Part shown: piece by piece, positions 1-12,771 of the stretch
Numbering within the stretch: the first letter of the stretch is position 1
How the letters are laid out: every line of letters begins with the position of its first letter
Assembly (NCBI GenBank): GCA_020137815.1
Contig: CM035352.1
Location: forward strand, 8,246,001 to 8,310,000
Reading direction: 5' to 3'
Origin: Hormiphora californensis
Taxonomy: Eukaryota > Animalia > Ctenophora
Length of the DNA stretch: 64,000 nt
Position numbers and translations under genes: made by a program
The notes under the pieces: model-generated
Seen by the model: the letters and a program-made list of their open reading frames with translations, nothing else
The model's database searches: none
Told to the model about the DNA's origin: nothing

Positions 1-1676
1 GTAATTCTGGAGGAGGAGCCTGGCCAGGGAGACAAGGAGAGAGCGTCCTACCACTTCATTCCCGTGCATATTCGCTGAAAAGAGAGGTATATTATGTTGT
101 GAGATTAGTCAGGCACTAACATCTCGCACGCTGTGAATAATGAGATCTGAGCAAGAATTTCAATTCTTGCTCAGGTCTCATTACTCCGAATATCAATTAA
201 TCTATCCTTAACCGAGATTTGCCCGAGTATGTGTGAAATTTCCCTATTCATCTGTTGTACAGAGGGCGTGAGTGTGTATCAGCACTAGAAGGAGATATCA
301 AAATCCTGTATCTCGCACACTGTGATGTGTAATGTGAGGGTATAAACTATCGAGTTAGTTATTATAGCAGGTACTGTTTAAACTTGTGTCGGATATTTAG
401 TCAGCTCAGTAAAATTATCCAGTGCGGACATGGTATTATTGGGATTGTGGAACATATGTGAACAATTTCACACTAGAGCATACAACTCACATTCACACTA
501 GATACACAACTCAGATATTGGTGGACCAGATTATAGGAACAGATCTGGTGTATAGTACTAGCAATCATCCAATTGTACACTGTCCCTCACATAAAACAGC
601 TCATATTAGAAAGAGTAGTACAATTCGAACACAATGCCCAACACCGTACAATTTTATTGCCATTGAGTTTGTTGAAGCAATTCTTTTAACAGGTGAATGC
701 GAATATAATTTCACATGCCGTTTAAGGCAAGATTAGACGTGCTCGAAAAGGTACCCACGCACATAACTTTCTGGCTTTGTACAGTCGGATCCCGATTTAC
801 CGGGCCCCGATAAACCGGGCACCCCGATTTACCGGGAAAAACCCTTTCCCCCGACCATCCCGGTTAATCGGGGTCCGACTGTACATGGGTAGTTACATAC
901 CTACGTATTTGAACTCGGGAATACCGGGAGTGTGCTTATCAGGATGTAGTCCAATAGCAATCACCATCAAATCTCGACCTTCAACCGACTTCCCAATACT
1001 GCAATGTAATATTTAATAATCATAATTATTCATCATTGGCATATCTTTCATGCTTACATTATCTATGCTCATATTATATGATCTTTTAAAAAAATTCCCC
1101 TGGGATTCGACCCTAATTTTCTTTGAAACTGTGCCTTTGTCCAATTCCCGGAAAATGCCATTATACCGACTTTATAAGAGTTCACACATAAAGTTAATAA
1201 CACTTATCCTAGATTTCAATGTCATGGGGTAAAATGTATAACCATGTACAATACATGATGGCTGATGCCAATACAAGAAGATGTACAAGATACACACCTG
1301 TAAAGATGGGTGATATCAGGGTACTCCTTGTGAAGAGAGTGAAGGGTGGAGTTTAGTTCTGTAAAATGCTGGTGCTCCCTTGGTACTGGGTCAATGTTTC
1401 CCAGTGTCACGTCTGGAATAGCTGCTGATCCAAATTTAACAGGAACTCCAGTAACAGTCACAGGGTTGTATGGTCCTGGCGGGGGAATTATAGTGATCAG
1501 TGATTGGGTTCTACCATTTTTAAATGGAAGTGGATATAGGAAGATAGAGAATGAAGGTTAGAGGTTGGAATTACCCCTTCGCTAGCAAGGTTAGAGGTGG
1601 AGGAATCTTCCAGGAGGATCAGGAAGTAGAGATACACTGCCAAAAACAAACAATAGCGGGACAGTGAGACACCCAT
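1..1676 (-). CDS. Carboxypeptidase D-like M14B metallocarboxypeptidase, 5' part (continues off the window start)
   Basis: Signal-like start [22 protein letters not shown] (ATG at 1676). Spliced exons read ...[11 protein letters not shown] | [33 protein letters not shown] (about 901-998) | [25 protein letters not shown] (1-74), containing the M14 zinc motif HGNE. Introns are GT-AG. Confidence 0.9.
782..881. mobile_element. 100-bp MITE, Tc1/mariner-type termini
   Basis: TA|CAGTCGGATCCCGATTTACCGGG ... CCCGGTTAATCGGGGTCCGACTG|TA: inverted termini with a TA duplication, inside an intron. Confidence 0.8.
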
Positions 1677-1992
1677 ATCCAATGAGGGTAAAACATGTAC
1701 ACACATTACAAGATTCAAGATTACAATTCAATCCCCTCTTACAGATCTCTATTATAATTTGGAGATGAACGACGTAGTGATGGCCGTTCGTTCAGCGGTA
1801 TCTAAGCGACAGACTACTCCTTCATAAAACACTTTATGTGCCCAAAGCTGTAAAGCTGTTGTTTACACTTTTGGAACTTCCAGTAGAAGTTTGTTGATAT
1901 TTTCGAATGAATTTTAACATGCCAGTCCCCGTAGTTACCAATTCAGATGCCATGGCAACCGTGTTATTGACGTTGAAAGGGGCGAAAAGAAA

Positions 1993-2059
1993 CACCCGGC
2001 GAAGCCGGGTGGGTTATCAAAAAGCTCTTATTTCAGGCGCACCCAATGGGTGCGCTAGT
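1993..2059 (+). mobile_element. Helitron-like 3' terminus (two GC-rich hairpins then CTAG-T)
   Basis: CACCCGGC-GAA-GCCGGGTG (1993-2011), then GCGCACCCA-A-TGGGTGCGC (2037-2055) running into CTAGT. Confidence 0.45.
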
Positions 2060-3295
2060 TTATACAAATCCAGGTTGTGAACTATCTCAAAGGATTCACT
2101 ACCAAATAACCCGCTCTCTCCCCCCAATTTAAACTCACCATACGTGTAGGATAGATCGTGTCCCTCCCCATCCGGAAGTGGGAGCCAATAGTACCCGCCA
2201 TTGTTTGTATACGTAACATGTTTCTCACACGCTACCCGAACCTTCTCCATCCCTGAATCTGACCCAGGTGGGGTGACCCTCCCCCGGGCACCCAGAGAGG
2301 CCGAACTAATCAGGGTGGCTATGAGACCTTCATACAGAGGTAAGTTATGTGTATCAGCACCCACCGAACAGCTAACACCAACTCTGTAAACAGGAATACC
2401 AGTACTTTAGGTAGGTGTAATCCTCCAGGGTGCCTGGCTCAGGAGAAATAATGGAAACCTTGATTAGCAGGCATCCAACAAGGCCGAAGTTTAGCAGTGT
2501 CTCAATCTCCCTTCGTAGGCGTTCTTCGCCACATCCCTTCATGATGTTGTGAATCAGAGTTCCCTCACTCTCCGGATCATCACTGTGAAACAGGGGGAAG
2601 AATATCCCCTCGAATTCAGAGTCAATCGTCAGGAGCAGGTTGAATTGCTCTGATTCCAGGAACTCAAGGACAGTTTTAATTTCCGGAGGGATAGTTGCTG
2701 GTGTCAACCTCTTCTGAGTTTCGGAGATCAGGGAATGATGTTTCAAGGAACAACTCCATCCCCATTTTCCTTCCCTTTATTAACATCAACATAGGCCTTC
2801 TTTGAGCCATCAGCATTTAGATTGGCAGGACGTGAATGTTATGTGATTCTAATAGTGGGGCAAGTTTCCCTCCTGTCCCCCGAGCTGACTCTATCAGATC
2901 GAGACAGAGTGCCACCGCTGATAACCTGTTGCCACCAATATTGCATATCACCCCAACATTTGGTTTGTTAGGTTCTGAACCAGCAACTGTGATGTGATCT
3001 ATAGAGAGTGTTCCGGCTGTTTCTCCGATAGAGGTGGATTCGAAAGCTTTAACGGCGTCTTTGTAGTCCTCAAAGCTATTCACAGAGACGCTGCTCTCGA
3101 CTACCACCTAGTGAAAGACGTAGGACAGCGTTAAAAAGGGCTATTTAAATAAATCACTAAAAAATCACGGAAGTTCAGCGGATTGACTCAGACTACATAG
3201 TTTTAGTTTTGGAAATTGGAGTAGATATTTCAACTGACCATGATTCGTACTCATACCTCTAATGCGAGGAACAAGACTACTTTCCACCAGGCCAT
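2017..3295 (-). pseudogene. Secreted, catalytically degenerate M14 carboxypeptidase-like gene with at least 4 single-base frameshifts (pseudogene or local assembly errors)
   Basis: Exon 1 3295-3257 (MAWWKVVLFLALE|gtatga) splices in phase to exon 2 starting at 3107. After correcting indels near 2822, 2748, 2690 and 2401 it reads ...PNVGVICNIGGN...HNIHVLPxLNADG...GKENGDGVxLETSFPD...PEIKTVLEF...GTLEDYTY...GARGRV...GYYWLPL. This is colinear with CPD catalytic plus transthyretin-like domains. HGNE is replaced by GGNR. Confidence 0.7.
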
Positions 3296-3877
3296 TTTCA
3301 GTCTCAAATACCCACTACATGTCTAAAATGAATATGCATGTTAAGTGTGGTCACTTTCTAGTTTTTATGATTTTGACAGCCCCTTCGGCTTCCGACCCCG
3401 TCCTGACCAAACCAAGAAGCTCATATATCATCGGTATCTAATTGAAGCGATGGTGCTTGATGCGAGTTTTGAAGTTAAAGTTACAGTTTACACTTTACAG
3501 GGCTTTACAAGTTCCGAGGTTGATCATTTAACTTTTTGATTTTTCAAAAAGTCAAAGCGAAACAAAAGTCAAAGCAAAAAAAGGATGTTGAATTTTATTT
3601 TGAGTTACACATTTAAACATTATGCCACGCATTGGATACTATTTCGCGCCTTACGTTAAATGCAGTGAACTAAAACTTAAAAATGTCGCGCGCGTCGCAA
3701 AATTTCCTTTTTTAAGCATTTTGAAAAATGCTGAATTTTGAAAAATGCTAAATTTCCGGCCTTTTGTTTCGTTTCACGGGTGATTTTTCAACATCTTACT
3801 TGTTTTAAGCCTTCTTAGAAGGCCCTTCTATGCATCATAAAATATGTTTAACCAACCCATACATTAGTCTTAGAACC

Positions 3878-5161
3878 ATGGACCCATCTGTTTCGTTAAA
3901 TGAGTACATGGAGGAGGTTGAGCAGCTTGAGGCGGTTGTAGGAGCCGCCTCAGATGGATCAGTTTGCACCTTCACTGAGGGCTACAAAGATAGACAGGCA
4001 GTTTTCAGCTGTTTAGATTGTGTAAAACAGGAGTCTGATATATCGGCTGGTTTCTGCTATGCGTGCTCTATCCATTGTCACAAGAATCACGAGGTGGAAA
4101 TGTTGTACACAAAACGTTCCTTCCGTTGTGACTGTGGAACAATCCCACAACTTCTCTGTCAATTAAAATCGGAGGTGTCCGTGAGAAATGCTAACAACAA
4201 ATACAATCATAACTTCAAGGGGCTGTACTGCTCCTGTGACCTACCCTATCCCGATCCCTCCCACCCTGAGTTGGACGACTCTGAGATGATCCAATGTGTG
4301 GTATGTGAGGACTGGTTTCACGATGTACATATCGGTACAACTGTTCCCGAGCCCTATGAAGAGATGATATGTGGCACCTGTATTGCAATGAACCCATTCC
4401 TCTCTCACTATGCCCTCCCTAAACCTCCAGTATTAGATGTCGGAACTTCTCCCGAAAACGATACTCCGGTTGATACAGTATCTGGTAATGGCAGTTTAAA
4501 ATCAGATGAAGCTGGTATATCATCTGCTTCAAAGAAACCTTTAGAGAGACCAGAAAGTGTTGCAGTTCCAGAAACTGATAGTTCAAAAACTGACTCTTCG
4601 CATTCTGATATCCCAAAAACGGATAGCAACGTGAATGAAAACGACTCTACAACCACTGAACAGAATCCTGTAAGTTCCACTTCAGCTACAGAAACTTCTG
4701 AAACTTCAGAGCCGAGTGCAAAGCGTAAGCGTTTGAACGCATGCAAACTCGATAGCTTCCCGACTATAACAGAACCAGAAGAGAGGGCATACTTTTTCAA
4801 TGATAAGTTTCGAGGCAACCTTTGTAAGTGTGACAAGTGTATCTCTCTGTACACTGAACACAACATTACATTTATTACCAAGACTGAAGATTCTCTACAA
4901 GCGTATGAGGAACGGGGTAGCACCGAGAGGGAGAGGGAGGAGGACAGTTTCAATAGTGTAATTCAGAATCTGCCCCATGCTGCAAAATGTAACGTTGCCC
5001 GGGCTATGGGATCTCTGCAACAGGGTATCAGAGAGATTGTGTCTCAAATATCAGAGGGGAGGGAGGATCTCACCCCCGATATTATCCGGAATAAATTCAG
5101 GGAGATGGCCGCGGCGAATAACATCGATCCGAAGTATTTTGACAACATTGGAAAGAAGTGA
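3878..5161 (+). CDS. UBR7: E3 ubiquitin ligase UBR7 (UBR-box zinc finger + PHD), single exon
   Basis: CTFTEGYKDRQAVFSCLDC...CYACSIHCH...LYTKRSFRCDCG (UBR box); NKYNHNFKGLYCSCDLPYPD...MIQCVVCEDWFH (PHD); C-terminal LCKCDKC. The start could alternatively be 3830. Confidence 0.95.
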   Translation: MDPSVSLNEYMEEVEQLEAVVGAASDGSVCTFTEGYKDRQAVFSCLDCVKQESDISAGFCYACSIHCHKNHEVEMLYTKRSFRCDCGTIPQLLCQLKSEVSVRNANNKYNHNFKGLYCSCDLPYPDPSHPELDDSEMIQCVVCEDWFHDVHIGTTVPEPYEEMICGTCIAMNPFLSHYALPKPPVLDVGTSPENDTPVDTVSGNGSLKSDEAGISSASKKPLERPESVAVPETDSSKTDSSHSDIPKTDSNVNENDSTTTEQNPVSSTSATETSETSEPSAKRKRLNACKLDSFPTITEPEERAYFFNDKFRGNLCKCDKCISLYTEHNITFITKTEDSLQAYEERGSTEREREEDSFNSVIQNLPHAAKCNVARAMGSLQQGIREIVSQISEGREDLTPDIIRNKFREMAAANNIDPKYFDNIGKK

Positions 5162-5457
5162 AATGAACGCACTTTTTTGGTTAATATTTGATGGAGTTGC
5201 GAGTCAACGTTCTTTATGTCATATGTATCATATGTCATTTGCCAGATATAATGAGCTATGCTTTTATCATTAAATGTATATTTTATCCCATGTTTATATT
5301 TTATGTAGATTGTTTTTGTCGTGTCACCAAGAATATAAACAGAATGTCTTTCTCTCCCTCCTTTTTATTCTGTCTCACACATATCATTCTATCACCCTTT
5401 CTCTCCCTCTCTTCCTCCTTTCCCCCCTCTAGCTCTCCCCCTCCCTCTCTTATCTAG

Positions 5458-6786
5458 ATGTCGAACCTAACGGCAGATGACGTCACGATGGTCGACCAAG
5501 AATCCACCTCCTCAGCGAGGAATAACAACACAGGAACGACCCTGGAGGACTTGGTGGCACGATACTCAAACCGTGCCACCAAACCCAAGACAACCCGTCC
5601 AATTGTAACAACAACCAGTAGTACAGCAGCAGCTACAGAGAGGACACTCAGTGAGAGTTCTACTGAGGGCAAACCACCGGTTATATCTTCCCTTAGAAAA
5701 CCGTTAAAACCCGTGGAAGCACAACCTACACCGTTTATGAGTACCCCAGCCCTACGAAGACCACCACCACCAGTAGGAGTTTCAGAGGACAAGGTCACAC
5801 CTGGTGAGGTTGGCTGGTGCCCAGCCAGTGAAACCTATCATGGCCACCCCGAGTAATGTGAGGGTTAGGTCAGCACTCGGCCCCAGTTCCTGCAGTATAT
5901 CGAGGTTTACTCCGAGGAGGAGGGGTGATGTTATTGGTAACGATAAACAGGTGAGATATGGTGTGTCTCACATTTTGAGTGAGGGTTCGGCAGACCAACT
6001 CACCCCACCCCACCTATTTCTACTTGGTGAGATAGAACTCCAGTAATAAAGTTTAGTAACGTGGTTCCTCAGACTCTCTAAACCAATATAACCACCCGAT
6101 CACCTTTTCAGTTCAAGTTTTTCAACAAGGCATCACAGTGTAACTTGGTAAAGCATACAGCTGATGAAAATACACCACCCCCACAAGGTATATAATGATT
6201 CACCCCTGGTGACATACATTTCAGGGGCTAGTATGTCACCTGGGGATGCACCGCTAAAATAGCCAGTACTAACTACTACTGTTCCTTTCTTTCCGGGGGG
6301 GGGGGGGGGGGGGGGGATGTATCGGTTGCTTGCGAATTTGGAGTCTCGGTTCTTCTAGGCAGGGTAATAATATTTCCTCTTGTTCAGATCTATCGGATGA
6401 ACTTGGGAAGTTGAAACTGGCACACAAGGAAACTTTAGGTCAGAAAGAAGAACTGGAAAAACAGGAAAAGGAACTTCGTAAAAAGATAACCAGGCTTGAG
6501 CAAGAAATCGAGTATTGTATGGTATGTTGAGACCGTAACGAGATCCAATCATCAGAGATCTAGATTTAACTACTATCCGTTTCAGTTTTTCGAATCTGAT
6601 ATAAACAGTTCCCATCACATTTGCTGCAAATGATTTGCATATAATTATAACATCCATTAGGGTCAAGTACGAAGGTTACAGGCGGAATCAACTCTGAGAG
6701 CTGAGTCTAATTCAGACAGTACTGGTTCTGTGGGCAAAGTTCTTAACATCGGTAGTCGCCAGTATGAGGTCTTTAAGGTATATTTC

Positions 6787-6855
<69 letters not shown>

Positions 6856-6948
6856 ATCTGTCTGCCTGTCTGTCTGTCTGTCTGTCTGTCTGTATGTATG
6901 TCTGTCTGTCTGTCTGTATTTGCCTGTCTGTCTGTCTGTTTGCCTGCC

Positions 6949-6997
<49 letters not shown>

Positions 6998-9900
6998 TAT
7001 TTTACGGCTTCCCCCTACGGTTTTCAATTATTTTTAGAAACCAATTGGAAAAGGAGCATCGTGTGTTGTGTACCGCGGAATTTCAAAGGATACAGACGAA
7101 ATGGTTGCCATCAAGGTAGAATTTACAACTATGATTTGAAATTTGCGTTCCTTTGAAACTGATATTCAGGCTATTACTTGCCTTGTTCGATCCTCTCTCT
7201 CCGTAAAGGAGGGTTAAAACATTTAACAAGCTACTAATCTTGACTGTGTTATCAGGTTGTAAGTCTGGCAAAGTTGAATCCCGCCGATAAGGAGGAAATG
7301 AAGCGAGAGGTGGACCTTCTTCAGACTCTAAAGGATGAGGAGTGCATCATTAACCTTTATGATTGTGAGGTACTGGTTTCAATGAATTGGGCCCCGGGCG
7401 CTTGCCAGCCCTATGATTGATGTATAATTGCTTTCCCCTGACACTCTTCCCCATCCCCCTGACCCTCCTCCCTACCCCCTGACCCTCCTCCCTATACCCC
7501 TGCCCCCAACCCGCAACCCTCCTCCCTATCCCGCAACCCTCCTCCCTATCCCCCTGACCCTCCTCCCTATCCCCCTGACCCTCCTTCATATCCCCCTGAC
7601 CCTCCTCCCTATCCCCCTAACCCTCCTTTATATCCCCTGACACTCCTCCCTCTCAATCTCGCTCCCTATCCCCTGACCCTCCTCCCTATCCCCCAACCCT
7701 CCTCCCTATCCCGCAACCCTCCTCTCTATCCCCCTGACCCTCCTCCCTATCCCCCTGACCCTCCTCCCTATCCCCTGACCCTCCTCCCTATCCCCCTGAC
7801 CCTCCTCCCTATCCCCTGACCCTCCTCCCTATCCCCCTGACTCTCCTCCCTATCCCCCTGACCCTCCTCCCTATCCCCCTGACCCTCCTTCATATCCCCC
7901 TGACCCTCCTCCCTATCCCCTGACCCTCCTCCCTATACCCCTAACCCTCCTTCATATCCCCCTGACCCTCCTCCCTATCCCCCTGACCCTCCTCCCTATC
8001 CCCCTGACTCTCCTCCCTATCCCCTGACCCTCCTCCCTATACCCCTAACCCTCCTCCCTATCCCCTGACCCTCCTCCCTATCCCCCTGACCCTCCTTCAT
8101 ATCCCCCTGACTCTCCTCCCTATCCCCTGACCCTCCTCCCTATACCCCTAACCCTCCTCCCTATACCCCTAACCCTCCTCCCTATCCCCTGAACCTCCTC
8201 CCTATCCCCCTGACCCTCCTTCATATCCCCTGACCCTCCTCCCTATCCCCTGAACCTCCTCCCTATCCCCCTGACCCTCCTTCATATCCCCTGACCCTCC
8301 TCCCTATCCCCCTGACCCTCCTCCCTATCCCCCTGACTCTCCTCCCTATCCCCCTGACCCTCCTCCCTATCCCCTGACCCTCCTTCATATCCCCCTGACC
8401 CTCCTCCCTATCCCCCTGAACCTCCTCCCTATCCCCCTGACTCTCCTCCCTATCCCCCTGACCCTCCTCCCTATCCCCTGACCCTCCTCCCTATCCCCTG
8501 AACCTCCTCCCTATCCCCCTGACCCTCCTTCATATCCCCCTGACCCTCCTTCATATCCCCCTGACCCTCCTCCCTCTCAATCTCGATTCTCGCTCCCTAT
8601 CCCCCTAACCCCTCTCCTCCCTATTCACCCAACCCTTCTCCCTCTCAGTACCGTCTGGACAAGGCCCGCGTGAGTCTGGTACTTGAGTACGGTGAACTCG
8701 ACCTCAACACATTTCTGCAATATAGCACTCCACTGTTTCGGTGTCAGAGTAAAGAGAGGTACTATGAGGTGTGTCTGCTGTGGTATCAGATGCTGAAAGC
8801 AGTTCAGTCTATACACCGTCGGAATATTGTTCATAAGGTTAGTGTGTATAACTGTGTGGGTATCTAATTACACAATCCTCGTCTTTTGATGTAGAAATGT
8901 ACATAATACAAATTACAATTACATGATACACGACACACGTGGGGTTTCATTCCCATTATCCCATCAATTGATACACACACACTTTGAGACTATAATTTAG
9001 AGAAGCTCTTCATTGTAAAATTCTCTTACAGGATCTGAAACCTCAGAACTTCCTAAAAGTAAAGGGGAAGTTGAAGCTGATAGATTTTGGTATTAGTCAG
9101 CGGATCCAGGGAGAAGTGACGAGTATGATCGTAGCAAACCCTGCTGGTACCCCAAACTATATTGCACCCGAGGTATTTTAACTGAAATTCAAGAGTCCGG
9201 TTATATTTTTTAGTTGTTCCTGTGATACTTGATCTCTGAATAGATGGTGGCGAAATTGCATGACCTTTCCCATTCCTATAATAGTGTAGGGAATTGATCC
9301 TCAGGGAGAACTCTAAACTCGTGTTTTGTTTCATTTCCTATGTTACGTTATTTTGTATCATCATTGTATATTTTCAGCTACTCTCCGGTTCTTTTGGTGC
9401 TACAGATAACAACAGGATAGGATACAAAAGTGATGTGTACTCTCTCGGGTGCATTCTATTTAAAATGTGTTTTGGGAAAACGCCCTACGAGCACATCAAT
9501 AACATGCAGGTATAAATTATTGGACGGAGGGTTGGTTTGGTTTGGTTTGGTTTGGTTTGGTTTGGTTTGGTTTGGTTTGGTTTGGTTTGGTTTGGTTTGG
9601 TTTGGTTTGGTTTGGTTTGGTTTCATTTGGTTTGGTTTGGTTTGGTTTGGTTTGGTTTGGTTTGGTTTGGTTTGGTTTGGTTTGGTTTGGTTTGGTTTGG
9701 TTTGGTTTCATTTAGTTTCATTTGGTTTGGTTTGGTTTAGTTTGGTTTGGATTGGTTTGGTCCAGGTTTGGTTTAGTTTGGTCCAGGTTTGGTTTAGTTT
9801 GGTCCAGGTTTGGTTCGTTTTTACATTTGGTTACCATACCAACTCCATACCAACTCCTCCCCTCCTCAGGCAAAGTACATGGCAGTCATATCAATGGATC

Positions 9901-10013
9901 CCGTTATAATACCCAAGGGTTTACCTTACCCGGATCTAGTTGAAGCAATGGGAAGGTGCATGGATAAGGACAGGAGAAACAGGCCGAGTGTTGATGAACT
10001 TCTGGCTGGGTAG
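5458..10013 (+). CDS. TTK: Mps1/TTK-like dual-specificity protein kinase (multi-exon)
   Basis: Exons give IGKGASCVVY...VAIK, LVLEYGELDL, WYQMLKAVQSIHRRNIVHK|DLKPQNFLKVKGKLKLIDFGIS...GTPNYIAPE, KSDVYSLGCILFKMCFGKTPY and RPSVDELL*. This is an Mps1-type non-RD kinase. The N-terminal exon needs a +1 correction near 5803. Confidence 0.8.
6787..6995. repeat. (TCTG)n microsatellite
   Basis: Direct reading; intronic; explains the SVCL/QTDR ORFs. Confidence 0.97.
7430..8625. repeat. About 21-22 bp pyrimidine-rich minisatellite (CCCTGACCCTCCTCCCTATC-like), about 1.2 kb
   Basis: Dozens of near-identical units fill a kinase intron; the opposite strand is G-rich. Confidence 0.95.
9531..9812. repeat. (TTTGG)n microsatellite
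   Basis: Direct reading; intronic; explains the LVWFG/TKPNQ ORFs. Confidence 0.97.
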
Positions 10014-10147
10014 ATTGTGAGAGGGAGAGGGTTTGAGATACAATTATATATAAGAGAGTGTGTGTGACATTGTTGTTGATTTGTAATTTTATGCTCTTAT
10101 TGACCATTTTATAGCAAACTGGAGAGACTTGTTTCTCAATTTTTGAC

Positions 10148-10872
10148 CCCGGTGCCCAGATATTGCAAATACCCAAGAGATTAATGCCCTTAATTTGGCA
10201 GCAAATTAAAGGCGAGGCAGCATATTGGACGAAGCTGCCTAGTAGTCAGCAGTTCAATAAATATCGCTGTCGGCAGTAATAAATGTACTGGGGGCCAGGG
10301 CTTAATCTTTATAAATCATTTAGAAAGTTTTTGAAAAAGTGTCCCACCCGGGATCGGTCGGGAATCGAACCCGGGCCTCACACGTCAGAGTGGAGGCAGC
10401 ACAGGCAGCACAAATTTACCCCATATTTACATAGAAAATTTAGCCTCATTTTATGCAATATCAGTTTTACTTTTCCGGCTATTATATCCGAAGAAGTATT
10501 CCAAACACGAATATGAAGGAAATAAACAAATTGAACGTCACAAATTTTCTTAATCCTTCTGCTGCCTCGGGTACCATTATTTACCGATTTTTTGGCTATT
10601 CCCGCCCTTCTACCCATCCAATTTGGTAATATTCGGTGCAGGGACATCCACAGTATCGATAAACAAGTGCCTAATTAAGATAGATCCGTGCTGCCGGCAG
10701 CACGAGTTCGATTTCTTCAAACTTTATAAATGATTTATAAATGATTTCTAAAAACTTTCTAGACATTTATTTTACTAGGCAGCAAAATCGTCGATTTTTG
10801 GGACAAAGTTGGCAGCATATTTGACTTTTGAAAATCGTATTTATCTAAAATTTTGAAAATCCGGGCACCGGG
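10148..10872. mobile_element. Non-autonomous DNA transposon with 8-bp TSD; contains a tRNA-like B-box fragment
   Basis: TSD TTTTTGAC at 10140-10147 and 10873-10880; TIRs CCCGGTGCCC...GGGCACCGGG; minus-strand GGTTCGATTCC near 10362-10372. Confidence 0.85.
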
Positions 10873-10980
10873 TTTTTGACGATAAACTTATTTTGTTTAA
10901 ATAGTTTTCGCAAACTCAAAGATTGTCCCGTTTTTGACCAACTTTTAACCCAATGTTCTCATTTAGCAACATATCATGTG

Positions 10981-12146
10981 ATGGAACGGAGAAAACGAAA
11001 GAAAACAACCTTGGTAAGAGTTGGAAAATGCTTCTGAAAATATGTCCGTTTTTTGAAGTTTTTTTACAAGTTTCGCTTGGCGGGCTAATTATTTAACGAT
11101 CCTGGCTGATCTTTCTCGTGCCCTAACTTGAAACTACTCCATAATATAGTTTCTCCTTTTCTCAGATTGCGGGGAATAGTGTTGGAACACAGACGGAGAG
11201 AAGAGAGAGAAAGTTTATACCTCGACCCTTCCTGAAAACAGAACCAATAATTGTTGAACCACCGATAAAAAGGGAGCCGATTGAACCCATTATCTCTGAA
11301 ACTATACAATGTAAAAACAATCCTTGTAAATCGGAGCCAGAACCGCCGATTGAAGCCATCTCTGAAACTGTACAATGCAAAAACGTTCCATGTAAATCGG
11401 AGCCAGAACCGCCAATTGAAGCCATCTCTGAAACTATAAAATGCAAAAACGTTCCTTGCAAATCTGAGCCAGAACCGCCGATTGAACCCATCTCTGAAAC
11501 TGTACAATACAAAATGGTTCCTTGTAAATTAGAGCCAGAACCCCTTAATGAACCCATCTCTGAAACTGCACCGTACAAAATGGTTCCTGCAACACACTTA
11601 CCTAGAAATTTAGTGTTCCAATGTGAGATTGATGAATGTGGAAAACAATTCCGGAATTTTACAACTTTTGAAACACACAAAAGACTCCACGAAGGCTGGA
11701 CATGTGAGGTCTGTGGAAAAAAGTTTAACAAGAGTTCAAACCTGACGAGGCACATGGTAACCCACTCAGGGGAAAGGCCCTACAAATGTAAGGAGTGTAG
11801 AAGGGGGTTCACTCAAAGGGCACACCTTAAAAAACACATGAATAGGATTCCTGAGGGTGAGGTTACATGTCAAGCAAAACAGGGATGTGAAGAGAGGTTC
11901 AGGTGTTTGGAGGCCCTAAAATTCCACACTTTAACACACAGCGAGGATACTGAGACGGATTTGAACGTCCCAGGTTTGAACAAAACAAAGACGGATGGAC
12001 AGACAGATGGACAGAGTGGTGCAGCTCCGTCATTGTGGTCAGGAGGCCGCCCAAAGTCAGATGTACCAAGCCACAAACGGAAATCACCCTATATTGTTAG
12101 TTTTATTTCGCCTGGATACAATATACAAAGGTCGACATCAGACTAA
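10981..12146 (+). CDS. C2H2 zinc-finger protein with N-terminal 22-aa tandem repeats
   Basis: Exon 1 10981-11013 (MERRKRKKTTL|gtaag); exon 2 from 11166, in frame. About 4-5 copies of CKSEPEPPIEAISETVQCKNVP, then C2H2 fingers with an HSGERPYKC linker. Confidence 0.85.
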
Positions 12147-12699
12147 CATCTTTGGTATTTTCTTTTAAAGTGACCTGGACCTGGAGAGGATTGGATATGT
12201 AATATTGGGTAGATTCGAGAATGAAAGGGATGTGCCCAAATAAGGAAATCGCCATATTTTGTTAGTTTTGTTAAGTTTTGAATGGGACTTCAGTTGGAAA
12301 AGTGTGTATGTGTTTGTTTTACGCTGTGTGTTGAGTCTGGTCTATAACTTTTTTTTAAAACAGTTTGAAAACTCAGGTGTTATCCGTTTTGAGAGAGTGT
12401 TCTTGTTATGTATGCTTTCGTTTAATTTATGCTGAAAAGTTACAGATTGAATTGGAAAGTAAATGGATCCCTCTCCCCCACTCCCCCTCCCAAATCCCCT
12501 CCCCCAGTTTTATAAAGTTTGACACCAATTCTTCCCTCTAGCTACCATGACAGTTTATGCTACGTCTCTCTAGCTGGATCCTTCTTCGCTCTTCTAGGTA
12601 ACTTCACCCACACACACTAACACACACTTAGGTCACGTGGTATACAACTGAACTCACATGCCTGGCAGTCAATTTACTTACCATCTCATCCTCTCTTTC

Positions 12700-12771
<72 letters not shown>

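Noticed and set aside
4408-4953. Antisense ORFs over UBR7 (and similarly over LIG1, the zinc finger and the LINE)
   Set aside because: Shadows of the codon structure of real genes on the opposite strand.
6730-9943. ORFs made of SVCL/QTDR, LVWFG/TKPNQ and PLTLL repeats
   Set aside because: Translations of intronic micro- and minisatellites.
10340-10410. tRNA gene
   Set aside because: Only a B-box/T-arm-like motif inside a MITE; no complete cloverleaf seen.
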